This document shows positions 63,738 through 64,000 of a stretch of DNA of 64,000 nt, one piece after another; the first letter of the stretch is position 1, and the number at the start of each line of letters is the position of its first letter. Made by a program: the position numbers and the translations under genes. This DNA is from Tubiluchus corallicola (lineage: Eukaryota; Animalia; Priapulida): NCBI GenBank assembly GCA_030141605.1, contig JAQGDQ010002392.1, positions 62,001 through 126,000 on the forward strand, read 5' to 3'. The notes beneath the pieces were generated by a model, which was not told where the DNA came from, searched no databases, and worked only from the letters and a program-made list of their open reading frames with translations.

Positions 63738-64000
63738 TTGCTGGTTTACCTATAGTGGCAAGTATTCCTCCATCTACATAAATTACTTGTCCATTCACAA
63801 AATCGCTTGCTTTTGATGCAAGAAATATTGCCGCTCCTCCAAGATCTTTGGGGTCGCCCCAACGTGCTGCAGGAGTACGATTAATAATAAATTCATTGAA
63901 TGGATGCCCTTCTACTCTTATAGGAGCTGTTTGTGTGGTAGCAAAATACCCTGGTCCTATACCATTAGTTTGTATATTGTACTTTGCCCATTCGGTTGCC
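63727..64000 (-). CDS. kduD: Gluconate 5-dehydrogenase / KduD-like SDR (3' part, truncated by the window edge)
   Basis: ATEWAKYNIQTNGIGPGYFAT.QTAPIR..GHPFN.FI..RTPAARWG.P.DL.GAAIFLAS.ASDFVNG...YVDGGILATIGKPANED*. Confidence 0.85.
   Translation of the reverse strand, partial: ATEWAKYNIQTNGIGPGYFATTQTAPIRVEGHPFNEFIINRTPAARWGDPKDLGGAAIFLASKASDFVNGQVIYVDGGILATIGKPANED

Overview
AT-rich chromosomal window from a Bacteroidota (Bacteroidales-like) genome. The assignment rests on TAnnTTTG -7 promoter motifs, a T9SS type-B substrate next to a PorP/SprF gene, and archaeal/eukaryotic-type ProRS. Most of the window is housekeeping: gap, kdsA, lpdA-sucA-sucB, tig-clpP-clpX, lptB, rbfA, maeB, gpsA-pgi-mlaEF, kdsC, menB, proS, pyrC and the uronate genes kduD/eda/exuT. 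Two tRNA-anchored accessory regions stand out. (1) 1-2700, at the 3' end of tRNA-Cys, is a decayed type III R-M/rhuM locus with iteron-like and arm-site-like repeats. (2) About 36380-40660 is an integrase-less island between tRNA-Leu and tig, bounded by a degenerate copy of the tRNA 3' end. It carries a TPR-DUF2971 protein and a two-module 21-aa-LRR lipoprotein. The DNA repeats in both vary mainly at codon positions 1-2 of AAN-like codons. Other notable items are an HU + HU-TM-LysM gene pair, a ~4,080-aa T9SS adhesin split by one frameshift, sucB split by a 5-bp duplication, a DUF4861-like pseudogene, an unannotated 44-aa lipoprotein and a stand-alone resolvase-type DNA-binding domain. No CRISPR array, reverse transcriptase or intact integrase/transposase was seen. 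Family assignments come from motif recognition, not database searches.
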